The notes under the pieces: model-generated
What the model was told of the DNA's origin: nothing
Databases searched by the model: none
Seen by the model: the letters and a program-made list of their open reading frames with translations, nothing else
Position numbers and translations under genes: made by a program
Virus record (IMG/VR): IMGVR_UViG_3300044981_000152
Coordinates: 1 to 64,000 of that record
Source of the DNA: a virus
Reading direction: 5' to 3' (one strand)
Length of the DNA: 64,000 bases
In this document: positions 27,199 to 34,983 of the stretch, piece by piece
Layout of the letters: each line of letters starts with the position of its first letter
Numbering within the stretch: position 1 is the stretch's first letter

Positions 27199-28116
27199 TC
27201 AGGCTGCGAGGGTGTAGTGCCCCGCGTCCTTGATCAGCGCCGTGGTGATGGTGCCGGTCGGGCAGTTGAAGTACGCAGCGTTGAAGTCAGTCAGCGGCAG
27301 TGAGCAGCCGATGCCCTTCCACTGCTGGTTGGCCTGGTCGTTCTCCTGGAATGCGAGGCCCTGCGTGCCCGCGCCGCCCCACGCCGTGTCGTCGAGGACG
27401 AAGTTCACGCCGCCGTACCCGTGACGGTAGAACGAGGAGTTGTCCAGGCCGATGTTCTGGAACTCGAAGAGCTGGCCTGCTACCTCGACCGGTGCCCACA
27501 GCTGGTACGGGTCGGCGCTGGTCACGGTCGGGGCACCGTGCGCGCCGTCAAGGGTGATCTCGGGGCCGCCGTCCTGCAGCGGGCCGCCGATGAACGTCTC
27601 GCAGGGCCGCAGCACGGTCGCCCACCGCTGGACGCGGTGACCACGGACGGTCCGGTACAGGTCCTGCACCGACACGCAGTAGGCGGTCTGCGCGGGCTTG
27701 GCGCTGTCGTAGGAGGTGAAGATCGGGTCGTTCGCCTCGGCGCCGCCGGGAGTGAAGACGGCCAGGTACTCCCCGAACCCGAACTGGCCGCCGGCGGCCT
27801 CAGGCTCTCCTGCCGCCTGCGCGACGGTGAAGTCCTGCGCGCCGGTGCCGGACGGGTAGTCCTCGGTGTTCACGCCCACGGGCTCGTTCCAGTAGCCGAA
27901 CCCTCCGTTCGTGTTGGGATCAGGGGCCAGGACCGCGAGGGCGAGGTTTCCCTTCGCCGCGTAGGCGAGGGTGGCGCCGCCGCACGCGGTCTTACCCGTG
28001 CAGCTGAGCGATGACGCGGCTGCGGTTCCGGTCGTCGCGATCGCGCTCACCGCCAGCACGCCGCCGACCATGGTCAGCGACGCAGCGGTGGCGAGCACCT
28101 TGCTCTTGATGGACAT
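27199..28116 (-). CDS. Secreted protein, possibly ricin-B/beta-trefoil lectin-like
   Basis: Sec signal peptide (MSIKSK + hydrophobic stretch + AAA), QLW and QQW motifs, several Cys. Confidence 0.65.
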   Translation of the reverse strand: MSIKSKVLATAASLTMVGGVLAVSAIATTGTAAASSLSCTGKTACGGATLAYAAKGNLALAVLAPDPNTNGGFGYWNEPVGVNTEDYPSGTGAQDFTVAQAAGEPEAAGGQFGFGEYLAVFTPGGAEANDPIFTSYDSAKPAQTAYCVSVQDLYRTVRGHRVQRWATVLRPCETFIGGPLQDGGPEITLDGAHGAPTVTSADPYQLWAPVEVAGQLFEFQNIGLDNSSFYRHGYGGVNFVLDDTAWGGAGTQGLAFQENDQANQQWKGIGCSLPLTDFNAAYFNCPTGTITTALIKDAGHYTLAA

Positions 28117-28211
28117 AGAGTCCCTTCCGTTTCGTTTGCTCAGCCAGAGCCCTGCGCCCGGCTGTCTTGCGCCCGGCCCGGATAAGCGGGAGGGACCGGA
28201 GTCTGAGGGAG

Positions 28212-30755
28212 TTACGAGGCCTCGACGTCCGCGGGGGCCTCGTCGAGCAGGTCGAACAGCGCGGGCACCGAGGCCTCACTCGCGGCACCCTGGACGTAGG
28301 CAGCGCCATCGGCGAAGTAGCGGGGGCTCAGCTCGACGCCGACACCGCGGCGCCCGGCCTTGACCGCGCAGTAGGGGACCGTCCCGATGCCCATGAACGG
28401 GTCGAACACCGTCTCGCCCGGCATTGAGTAGCGGACGAGCAGCCGGTCAACGATGTCGAACTGGATCGGGCAAAGATGCTGTTCTTGCCCCTTGCGCTCC
28501 TGGAGCATGTTCAGGGTGCGCATCCGGGCGATATCGGTCCACGCGTCGGGGTGCCAGCTCGGCGGCTGCAGCAGCATGAACCCGGACGGCAGCCGCCCTT
28601 TACGGTCAAGACGCTCGCCGATCGCGACGTGCTGCTCATAGTCGTAGACACTGGCCAGGTAGTGATCGCGGAAACGGCGGAAGATCTGCTGCGCGGGAAG
28701 ATTCTCCAGTTCCTCGGGCAGCAGCGGCCTGTTCCCGCTCGACCGCCAGAAGCCGTGAGCGTCAGTCTGCCAGCGGGCCCGCGAGTACTCGCTCTTGCTC
28801 TTGACCACGGGGACGTCGGCGTAGCCGTCTGAGTTGTCGGTCGGCGGCTTGCGCCATAGCAGCACGTACTCCGGGCATCCGACGCCCATCTTGGAGCCGT
28901 CCTTGCAGTTCTCGGTCCACCCGAGCCGGTAGGTCTGGTTGTTCTCCCGCACGACATCGGTAATGACGGGGATCATCCCGAGCGGCGCGAACCCGTGCTT
29001 GGCGTAGTGGGTGATCGCTTCGGCGTGGAAGTACTGGACCGTCTGGAAGCCGAGCCCCGTCAGGCCCCCCGGAGTGATCCGGTCCTTGACATGGATCGCG
29101 GCCACGCGTCCAGGTGCAAGTACGCGGAACAGCCCGGGAGTCAGGAAGTCCATCTGCTCCCAGAAACGGGAATTGTCCTCGTTATGGCCGAAGTCGTTAT
29201 ATGACGGCGAATACTCATATTGAGTGCTGAATGGTATGGACGTAACAATTAGGTCCACGCTTGCCGTTTCCATCGCGGCGGTTTCGAGTACCGCATCGTT
29301 GTTTACGAGCCGGTAGCTGCCGCCGCTGATCTCGCGTCGTTGTACCCCGATTGACCTGGTAAAACCTCCCGAGAGTGCGTCTCTGGCCAAGCCGCGCTCG
29401 CGGATGATCTCGCCCATCCTGGCGACCAGATCGTCATGCTGCTGCCACTTGCGCTCAAGCTGCGCCCGGATGCCGCGCTCGGCGTCGCTGTAGATGATGT
29501 CGATCCGCACCGGCTCCGTCTGGAGGAAGCGGTGGATCCGGTGGATGGCCTGGATGAAGTCCGCGAACTTGAACCCGATGCCGGTGAAGACCGCGCGGTG
29601 GCAGTAACGCTGGAAGTTGCATCCCGAGCCCGCAATTACCGGCTTGGTCGACAGGACGTTGATTTTCCCGTCGCTGAAATCGATGATCCGCTGCTCGCGC
29701 TCGTCGAGGTCCTGGGAACCCCACACCGCCACGGAATCGGGAACCGCCGCCGCGATCGCGCGCCGCTCGTCCTCCAGGTCGTGCCACAGCAGGAAGTGAT
29801 CATCGGGCGACTCGGCCACGAGCTCCGCCGTCTTCGCAACCCGCGCATCAAGGCTGGTGCGCTTCTCGGCTGCGGCCTCCTGGACGCCGAACGTGGCATC
29901 CCTGAACATGAAACCCTGGCCGTCCTTGTGCTCGCCCGCGCCGAAATACGGCGCCAGCGGCGACGGAACCTCATGCCAGCGGACGTCGAGCGGCGGCAGC
30001 TCGTAGCCCATGTCGTCGTGGCCGAGATCGGAGGGGCGGTTCAGGAAGAGGGCCCACGAGGCGATCCAGGCCCAGAACTCCTCCTCCATATGAGGATGCA
30101 GGGTCAGGTTGTCGGCCTTGGTCGAGTCGCGCTTGAAGAACCGGGTCCGGGCCTGGCCGACGTCCATGATGTCCAGGAATGCCGCGTAGGCGAGCAGCTC
30201 CTCGTACTCGTTCGGGCTCGGCGTGGCCGTGGCCACGAACCGGTAGGCGGAACTACCCTCGTACAGCCGCATCAGCTCGCGGAAAGTCTTTGTGCCGCCG
30301 CGGCCGCGGAGTATCGCCGCCTCGTCGAGCGACACGACGTCGAAGCCGCGCGGGTCCAGCTTCCCCTCGCGCACCGACTCGTAATTCGTGATGTAGATGC
30401 CATCGGCCGAGGCCTCGGCCGATGTGCGGATGAACTGGGTCTCGACGCCGATCAGCCGGGCGTCGCGGGCGAACTCCTGCCGGACGCCGAGCGGGCAGAC
30501 GATCAGGCCGCGGCCGGCGCCGAGCTTCCCGGCGATCAGTCTGAGCGACTCCAGTTGCACCAGGGACTTGCCGAGCCCGAAGGAGGCGAACCAGGCGCGA
30601 CGGCCGCCGCTGACACCCCACAGAACCATGTCCCGCTGATGCGGCTTGAGCGCCGGGTGCACCTCGTCCGGGCCGACGTCGAGGCCTGTAGACGTCGCCA
30701 GCCGGGCCTTGGAGTCCAGGAACGCCCGGTAGCTGAGCGCTGGCCCCTCACCCAT
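28212..30755 (-). CDS. SNF2-like helicase fused to a beta-class N4/N6 DNA methyltransferase
   Basis: Helicase motifs FGLGKS, LDEAA, ATATP and QAIHRIHR. MTase motifs DLIVTSIPF (IV) and FDPFMGIGT (I). AGGAGG-6nt-ATG at 30755. Confidence 0.9.
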   Translation of the reverse strand: MGEGPALSYRAFLDSKARLATSTGLDVGPDEVHPALKPHQRDMVLWGVSGGRRAWFASFGLGKSLVQLESLRLIAGKLGAGRGLIVCPLGVRQEFARDARLIGVETQFIRTSAEASADGIYITNYESVREGKLDPRGFDVVSLDEAAILRGRGGTKTFRELMRLYEGSSAYRFVATATPSPNEYEELLAYAAFLDIMDVGQARTRFFKRDSTKADNLTLHPHMEEEFWAWIASWALFLNRPSDLGHDDMGYELPPLDVRWHEVPSPLAPYFGAGEHKDGQGFMFRDATFGVQEAAAEKRTSLDARVAKTAELVAESPDDHFLLWHDLEDERRAIAAAVPDSVAVWGSQDLDEREQRIIDFSDGKINVLSTKPVIAGSGCNFQRYCHRAVFTGIGFKFADFIQAIHRIHRFLQTEPVRIDIIYSDAERGIRAQLERKWQQHDDLVARMGEIIRERGLARDALSGGFTRSIGVQRREISGGSYRLVNNDAVLETAAMETASVDLIVTSIPFSTQYEYSPSYNDFGHNEDNSRFWEQMDFLTPGLFRVLAPGRVAAIHVKDRITPGGLTGLGFQTVQYFHAEAITHYAKHGFAPLGMIPVITDVVRENNQTYRLGWTENCKDGSKMGVGCPEYVLLWRKPPTDNSDGYADVPVVKSKSEYSRARWQTDAHGFWRSSGNRPLLPEELENLPAQQIFRRFRDHYLASVYDYEQHVAIGERLDRKGRLPSGFMLLQPPSWHPDAWTDIARMRTLNMLQERKGQEQHLCPIQFDIVDRLLVRYSMPGETVFDPFMGIGTVPYCAVKAGRRGVGVELSPRYFADGAAYVQGAASEASVPALFDLLDEAPADVEAS

Positions 30756-30813
30756 CCCCCGCCTCCTGCTCGCTGCCGATCCTGACCTGACCGATCCGGT
30801 CCCTGCGGTGCTG

Positions 30814-32235
30814 TCAGCAGACAGCATGGTCGTATCCGTCTGACCGCTGGACGATCCGGCAATAGCGGTAGCGCACTCCATCTCGAGTGCCATCGCGGGC
30901 GACGATCCGGAAGTCGCCCCTGGTGCGGACAACTACGCGGCCGAGGTGCGACCCAGCGCGCTTGGGGGTACGCGCCCGCACCAGGTCTCCGGTCTGGAAG
31001 CCGTGGACCTGCTTTACCCGCGGCAAGCGCGTTCGCGGGAAGCCGTAAGCGTCGGTGCACGTCCGCTTATGCGTCCCGCGCCCGGTTGCCCTCACTGCGT
31101 ACGTGGCTGCAGTCCCGGCTCCGCGAAGCTGATCCACCTCACCGCAGCACGCGGCATCAAGGGCGTGAGACTTCGGTGTCCCGGTCCGGTGCCTGTTCCA
31201 TTTGGTGCGGGCGCCGGTCCAGCATTCGACGGCGACACCTAGGCTGCGCAGGGCGACGAGACAGGCGTACTTAGTGGAGTTCACCGCTGCCGCATCGCGC
31301 AAAGGAGCCTTGGCCTGCGCGAGGATTTTCGCGAGCCGGGCAGCGTCCGTCACGAATTCCCGTACGGGCATGCTGCCCTTTGCCTGGTTGCACGGGATAC
31401 AGGCCAGGGTGAGATTAGAGACCCGGCTGCTCCCGCCACATGAGCGCGGAACAATATGGTCAATGTTCAGCGGGACGCCTGCCGCATCGCAGTAGGCGCA
31501 CTTCCGGCCCCACTTCTCCAGCAGGTACTCGCGTGCCTCGTACCCGGCAAGTTCCCCCTGCTGGTATTCGGTGCCGCTGATCTCTGGGTTCTGCATGGCC
31601 TGCATGTCAAACCGGACCAGCTCCAGGTCAATCACGCTGACCGGGCACCAGTGCCGGAGTCGCCGCGCCCACGTCTCGACATGCTGAACGCGAGACCGCA
31701 GCGACGGCGCCAGCCAGCCCTTCGGCCTAACGCGGTTGCTGAACCTTGGCGGCCGGTAGCGCAGGTTTGACGACCGCCGCCGCCGCCGGTATCCGGCGCG
31801 CTGCTGCATTCTCTTGTGAATCCCGGCGGACCTATGGGTGATCTCCAGCAGCGCGAGGATGTCGCGGGCGCCGCCGAGTTGGCGGGTAACCGCCATCCCG
31901 GTTGCCTTCGAGCCTGGATCCACGCCGAGGCGAACCGCCCGGCCCGAGCGCAGCAGGGCGCGAGCGCGAGACGGATGGCACGGCATGAGCGGGTTACCCC
32001 GTTTGTCGAGCACGAACACCCGACGGACTCCCCTCGCGGGGGTAACGCCAGCCTTACGGCTGGTCTCCTCTCGGCCATGTTGCGCTCGCGCCCCTCGCGG
32101 GAAGCCGGGTGCCTTTCGGCCGCGCCGCCCCGTTTCGTGCCCACCCCTGGGGTTGTCTGCTGACGGCGCTTCGAGGGTCCGGGGCTGAGGAGGCACCCCG
32201 GAGTCGGTCTTCTGTCCTGCCTGCAACGTAGTCAC
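30814..32235 (-). CDS. iscB: IscB RNA-guided endonuclease (alternative start GTG 32019)
   Basis: VFVLD..G.PLMPCHP.RAR (PLMP), DPGS (RuvC-I), RRRRR..LRYR..RF.NR bridge helix, ELVRFD (RuvC-II), CAYC..DHIVP..N...C..CN (HNH), SHALDA (RuvC-III), GFQTGD. Confidence 0.97.
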   Translation of the reverse strand: MTTLQAGQKTDSGVPPQPRTLEAPSADNPRGGHETGRRGRKAPGFPRGARAQHGREETSRKAGVTPARGVRRVFVLDKRGNPLMPCHPSRARALLRSGRAVRLGVDPGSKATGMAVTRQLGGARDILALLEITHRSAGIHKRMQQRAGYRRRRRSSNLRYRPPRFSNRVRPKGWLAPSLRSRVQHVETWARRLRHWCPVSVIDLELVRFDMQAMQNPEISGTEYQQGELAGYEAREYLLEKWGRKCAYCDAAGVPLNIDHIVPRSCGGSSRVSNLTLACIPCNQAKGSMPVREFVTDAARLAKILAQAKAPLRDAAAVNSTKYACLVALRSLGVAVECWTGARTKWNRHRTGTPKSHALDAACCGEVDQLRGAGTAATYAVRATGRGTHKRTCTDAYGFPRTRLPRVKQVHGFQTGDLVRARTPKRAGSHLGRVVVRTRGDFRIVARDGTRDGVRYRYCRIVQRSDGYDHAVC

Positions 32236-32288
32236 CTCCTAAGCGACTCGGCCTGGTAACTGATGTAAAGGTCACGGGGATCAGTTAC
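32030..32288 (-). ncRNA. omegaRNA (HEARO-like) scaffold of IscB
   Basis: 5' stem GTAACTGAT...ATCAGTTAC followed by CAG, CTACGTT, CCGGGGTGCCTCCTCAGCCCCGG and AACATGGCCGAG, as in IscB omegaRNAs. The 3' end is approximate. Confidence 0.9.
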
Positions 32289-32317
32289 GTACTCCGCTAT
32301 CCGGTCGCCAGCCGCGG

Positions 32318-32554
32318 TCATGCGACCTCCCCTGCGCTCGGGCCGAACTGCTCGGCCTTCAGCCGGTCGACGTACGCCTCGCACTCGCTCATCGGTATGC
32401 GGCGCTCCTGCGGGCCCAGCTCCAGCTTGCGGACCTCGCCGGCGCGCAGGAGCTTGTACAGCTTCGACAAGGACACGCCGATCTTCTTCGCCGCCTCCTT
32501 GTAGGTGAGCATCAGCGGCTCGCCCACGTCGCGTTCGGGGTACTTGTTGCCCAC
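32318..32554 (-). CDS. xis: Excisionase (HTH_17/MerR-like)
   Basis: LTYKEAAKKIGVSLSKLYKLLRAGE....G..RRIP, divergent from the integrase. Confidence 0.85.
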   Translation of the reverse strand: MGNKYPERDVGEPLMLTYKEAAKKIGVSLSKLYKLLRAGEVRKLELGPQERRIPMSECEAYVDRLKAEQFGPSAGEVA

Positions 32555-32600
32555 GCCGCCCGGCTCCTTCGGCTCCAGTCCGTCTCCGGATCATCTCCAT

Positions 32601-32623
32601 CGTGAAGGTAGCACACCTTCACG
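32601..32623. promoter_or_regulatory. Perfect inverted repeat, candidate operator
   Basis: CGTGAAGGT-AGCAC-ACCTTCACG. GTGAAGGTAG recurs at 60543-60552. Confidence 0.7.
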
Positions 32624-32668
32624 CGCCTGTCACCGCCAGCCGCTGCCAGCGGCTGTACCATTTCGGGC

Positions 32669-34054
32669 ATGAGCGATGCACCCAGGACGCGGAGAGCCAA
32701 TCTGGAGTCGTGGACCAGCAGCGAGCCGAACGCCCGCGGCTACTACGAGGCCAAGGTCTGGATGGGCTTCAAGGCCAGCGGCCAGCCCGACCGGCGCCAC
32801 ATCCAGCGCAAGACCCTCGCCGCGGTACGCAAGCGGGTCCGCGAGCTGGAGCGGATGCGGGACAGGGGCGCGGTCGGCCAGTCCGGCAAGGTGCCCACCG
32901 TCGAGGAGATGCTGACCCGGCACCTGACCGTCGTACTCGTCCAGCGCGGCCGGGCCCCCCGCACGATCGCGGACTACTGGTCTAAGTGCCGCAACGACAT
33001 CTTCCCGCGGTGGGGCGGCCAGCGGGTCGACCGGCTGCGCCCGGAGCACATCGAGGACGGCCTGGCCGCGATGCTCGACGAGGGCCACGCGCCGTCTCAT
33101 GTCCGCAAGGTGCTGGCCATCCTGTCATCGGCGTACGAGGTGCAGGCGAAGCGGGCCGCGGCCTACGGGATGGCCGGCGGGACGACGCTCACGAACCCGT
33201 GCCGGTTCGTGGAGCCGCCCGAGCTCGGCGAGGCGAACCGCAAGTCACTCACCCGCAAGCAGGCCCGCGCCGTCCTGGCCGCCGCGCGGGGGCGCGGCCA
33301 GTTCGCCCGGTGGGCGGCCGGCCTCAGCCTCGGGCTGCGGCAAGGTGAGGTGCTCGGGCTGCGGTGGCGGTTCATGGACATCGACGTTCCCGGGGGCGAG
33401 CAGGGCGAGGCGCGCGTCTGGGCGCAGCTCCAGCGGCTCACCTGGGAGCACGGCTGCGATGACGCGCACGCCTGCGGGCGCAAGTACCACAAGACCCGGC
33501 CGTGCCCGGCGAAGTGCTCACGGCACGCCCGCGCCTGCCCGCCGCCGTGCCCGGACGGCTGCGCGGACCACGCGCGGCACTGCCCGAGGCGCAAGCTCCC
33601 CCGCGGTTCGGTGCGGCTGAACGGCGCGCTGGTGCTGCGGGAGACGGTCAAGGAGAAGAAGCGCAAGACCGTCCCCGTCTACCCGGAGGTGTGCGAGGTG
33701 CTGCGCGAGCACCGCTCGGCCCAGTACGAGGCGCGGATGCTCGCCGGGTCCGAATGGACGGACTACGATCTCGTCTTCTGCCAGTGGAACGGCTCGCCGG
33801 TCGACCCGCGGCGGGACTGGCAGGAGTGGGCCCGCATCCTCGAGGCCGCGGGCATCCCGCACGCCGGGGTCCACGCCGGGCGCCACACCGCCGCGACGAT
33901 CGCCATCGGCGAGGGGGCCGCGCTTGACGCGGTGCAGGATCTGCTCGGCCACGCCGACGCGAGGACTACGGCGGGTTACGTCCACACTGCCTCGCCGGCC
34001 GCCAGGAGCGCCGCGAGGGCGGTCGGCCGGGCCCTGTTCGAGGGCGACGACTGA
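32669..34054 (+). CDS. int: Tyrosine integrase with a Cys/His-rich insertion
   Basis: GLRQGE, HAGRH, LGH and TTAGY catalytic motifs. TACCAT-7nt-ATG leaderless start. Confidence 0.95.
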   Translation: MSDAPRTRRANLESWTSSEPNARGYYEAKVWMGFKASGQPDRRHIQRKTLAAVRKRVRELERMRDRGAVGQSGKVPTVEEMLTRHLTVVLVQRGRAPRTIADYWSKCRNDIFPRWGGQRVDRLRPEHIEDGLAAMLDEGHAPSHVRKVLAILSSAYEVQAKRAAAYGMAGGTTLTNPCRFVEPPELGEANRKSLTRKQARAVLAAARGRGQFARWAAGLSLGLRQGEVLGLRWRFMDIDVPGGEQGEARVWAQLQRLTWEHGCDDAHACGRKYHKTRPCPAKCSRHARACPPPCPDGCADHARHCPRRKLPRGSVRLNGALVLRETVKEKKRKTVPVYPEVCEVLREHRSAQYEARMLAGSEWTDYDLVFCQWNGSPVDPRRDWQEWARILEAAGIPHAGVHAGRHTAATIAIGEGAALDAVQDLLGHADARTTAGYVHTASPAARSAARAVGRALFEGDD

Positions 34055-34072
34055 GGCCGCGTGAGCCGCTAT

Positions 34073-34294
34073 TGTGCCCACAAATGGTCCCATTGACGCT
34101 CGCAGGAAGTGGCCGGAAGCCTCTGACCTGGGAGCCGCCTATCGGAATCGAACCGATGACCTACGCATTACGAGTTCTTGGAATACCTCTCCATGCTACT
34201 TTCTGCCGCTGCCGACAACTGCATAACCCCTGGTCAGTACAGCCGTTGATAGCGGCTGAGTGCTGCTGGAATTGTCCCCGGAACTGTGCCCACA
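34073..34294 (+). repeat. Candidate integrase arm-type sites flanking the att core
   Basis: TGTGCCCACA at 34073-34082 and 34285-34294, plus a degenerate ATTGTCCCC at 34271. Confidence 0.7.
34131..34175 (-). other. attP common core: 3' half of tRNA-Thr(CGT)
   Basis: Reverse complement ACTCGTAATGCGTAGGTCATCGGTTCGATTCCGATAGGCGGCTCC contains the anticodon loop CTCGTAA, T-arm and acceptor 3' strand. There is no 5' half. Confidence 0.9.
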
Positions 34295-34363
34295 CTGAAT
34301 GCGTTGCTCGCGGCCTATCGAACACCGGGATTGGTGACATTCCGTAGCGGGCACCATGGAGCC

Positions 34364-34546
34364 ATGCGCGCCTGGATCGAGCTCCCCCCGGACTCGGGAT
34401 GGGGTGCGGTACGCCTGACGAGGTCGGTTCTGGAGGATCTCGGGTACTGGACTGAGGAGGTCCGGGGTACCGGGAACGTGATGCTCCGGTTGTCGGGGTC
34501 CAGGCTCAGTGCGGAGGTGCTGTGGGAGATGCCGGGACAGGGGTGA
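34364..34546 (+). CDS. Small hypothetical protein
   Basis: CACCAT-6nt-ATG start and a protein-like 60 aa sequence. Confidence 0.4.
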   Translation: MRAWIELPPDSGWGAVRLTRSVLEDLGYWTEEVRGTGNVMLRLSGSRLSAEVLWEMPGQG

Positions 34547-34681
34547 ACCTCCAACGGATAGCTCGGTTTCGTTGAAGCGAAGGGCTGGCGCTCCAACGTG
34601 CGTTGGAAGTTCGCAGCGAGGAGAAGGAGCCTCAGAATTCTCCGGGCGCGACCTGGCTGTCACACGCTCGCGTATACAGGT

Positions 34682-34915
34682 ATGGACGAACCTGAATATC
34701 CCAGCGAACCGCTCACGCCCGAGTTCCGGGCGCGCCTCATCGCCGCTGCCGAGCGCCAGCTCCGCGTCCGGCGCGAGATCCTGCTTCTCGCCGGGCATGC
34801 TTCGGGGCACCTGCCCGGAGGTCGGCGCTGGTGTCGCATCTGCCGTAAGAAGTGGCCGTGCGAGCCGGTATTCGATGCGGCCCGGCCGGCGCTGGATGCG
34901 TTCGCTGACATCTGA
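34682..34915 (+). CDS. Small Zn-finger-like protein
   Basis: H......WCRIC...WPC motif. Confidence 0.55.
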   Translation: MDEPEYPSEPLTPEFRARLIAAAERQLRVRREILLLAGHASGHLPGGRRWCRICRKKWPCEPVFDAARPALDAFADI

Positions 34916-34983
34916 GGGTGCCGGGACAGGGCTAGAACAGCAGCGAGGGAGAAGCGCGGCCAGTCTCCTGGCCTGCACCGTTG

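Larger units (their letters stand above)
30732..32288 (-). mobile_element. Transposase-less IS200/IS605-derived IscB element
   Basis: omegaRNA plus iscB, with no tnpA in the window. The downstream boundary is inferred and could lie anywhere in 30729-30813. Confidence 0.65.

Noticed and set aside
30790-30812. Self-target of the IscB guide (GACCGGAT shared with the guide)
   Set aside because: Only 8 nt match and not at the TAM-proximal end. I found no full guide match elsewhere by eye, though an exact search was not possible.
30756-30932. N-terminal extension of the helicase-MTase to 30932
   Set aside because: It overlaps the iscB coding sequence. The AGGAGG-ATG at 30755 is the better start, with 30827 a possible coupled alternative.
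30729-32288. IStron (group I intron-IscB) that splices out to restore the gene
   Set aside because: There is no room for a group I core beyond the omegaRNA and ORF, the junctions lack an obvious U/G splice signature, and a replacement RBS and ATG exist downstream.
34131-34210. Full tRNA gene
   Set aside because: Only the part from the anticodon loop to the 3' end is present. No D-arm or 5' acceptor strand is visible, so it is an att core.
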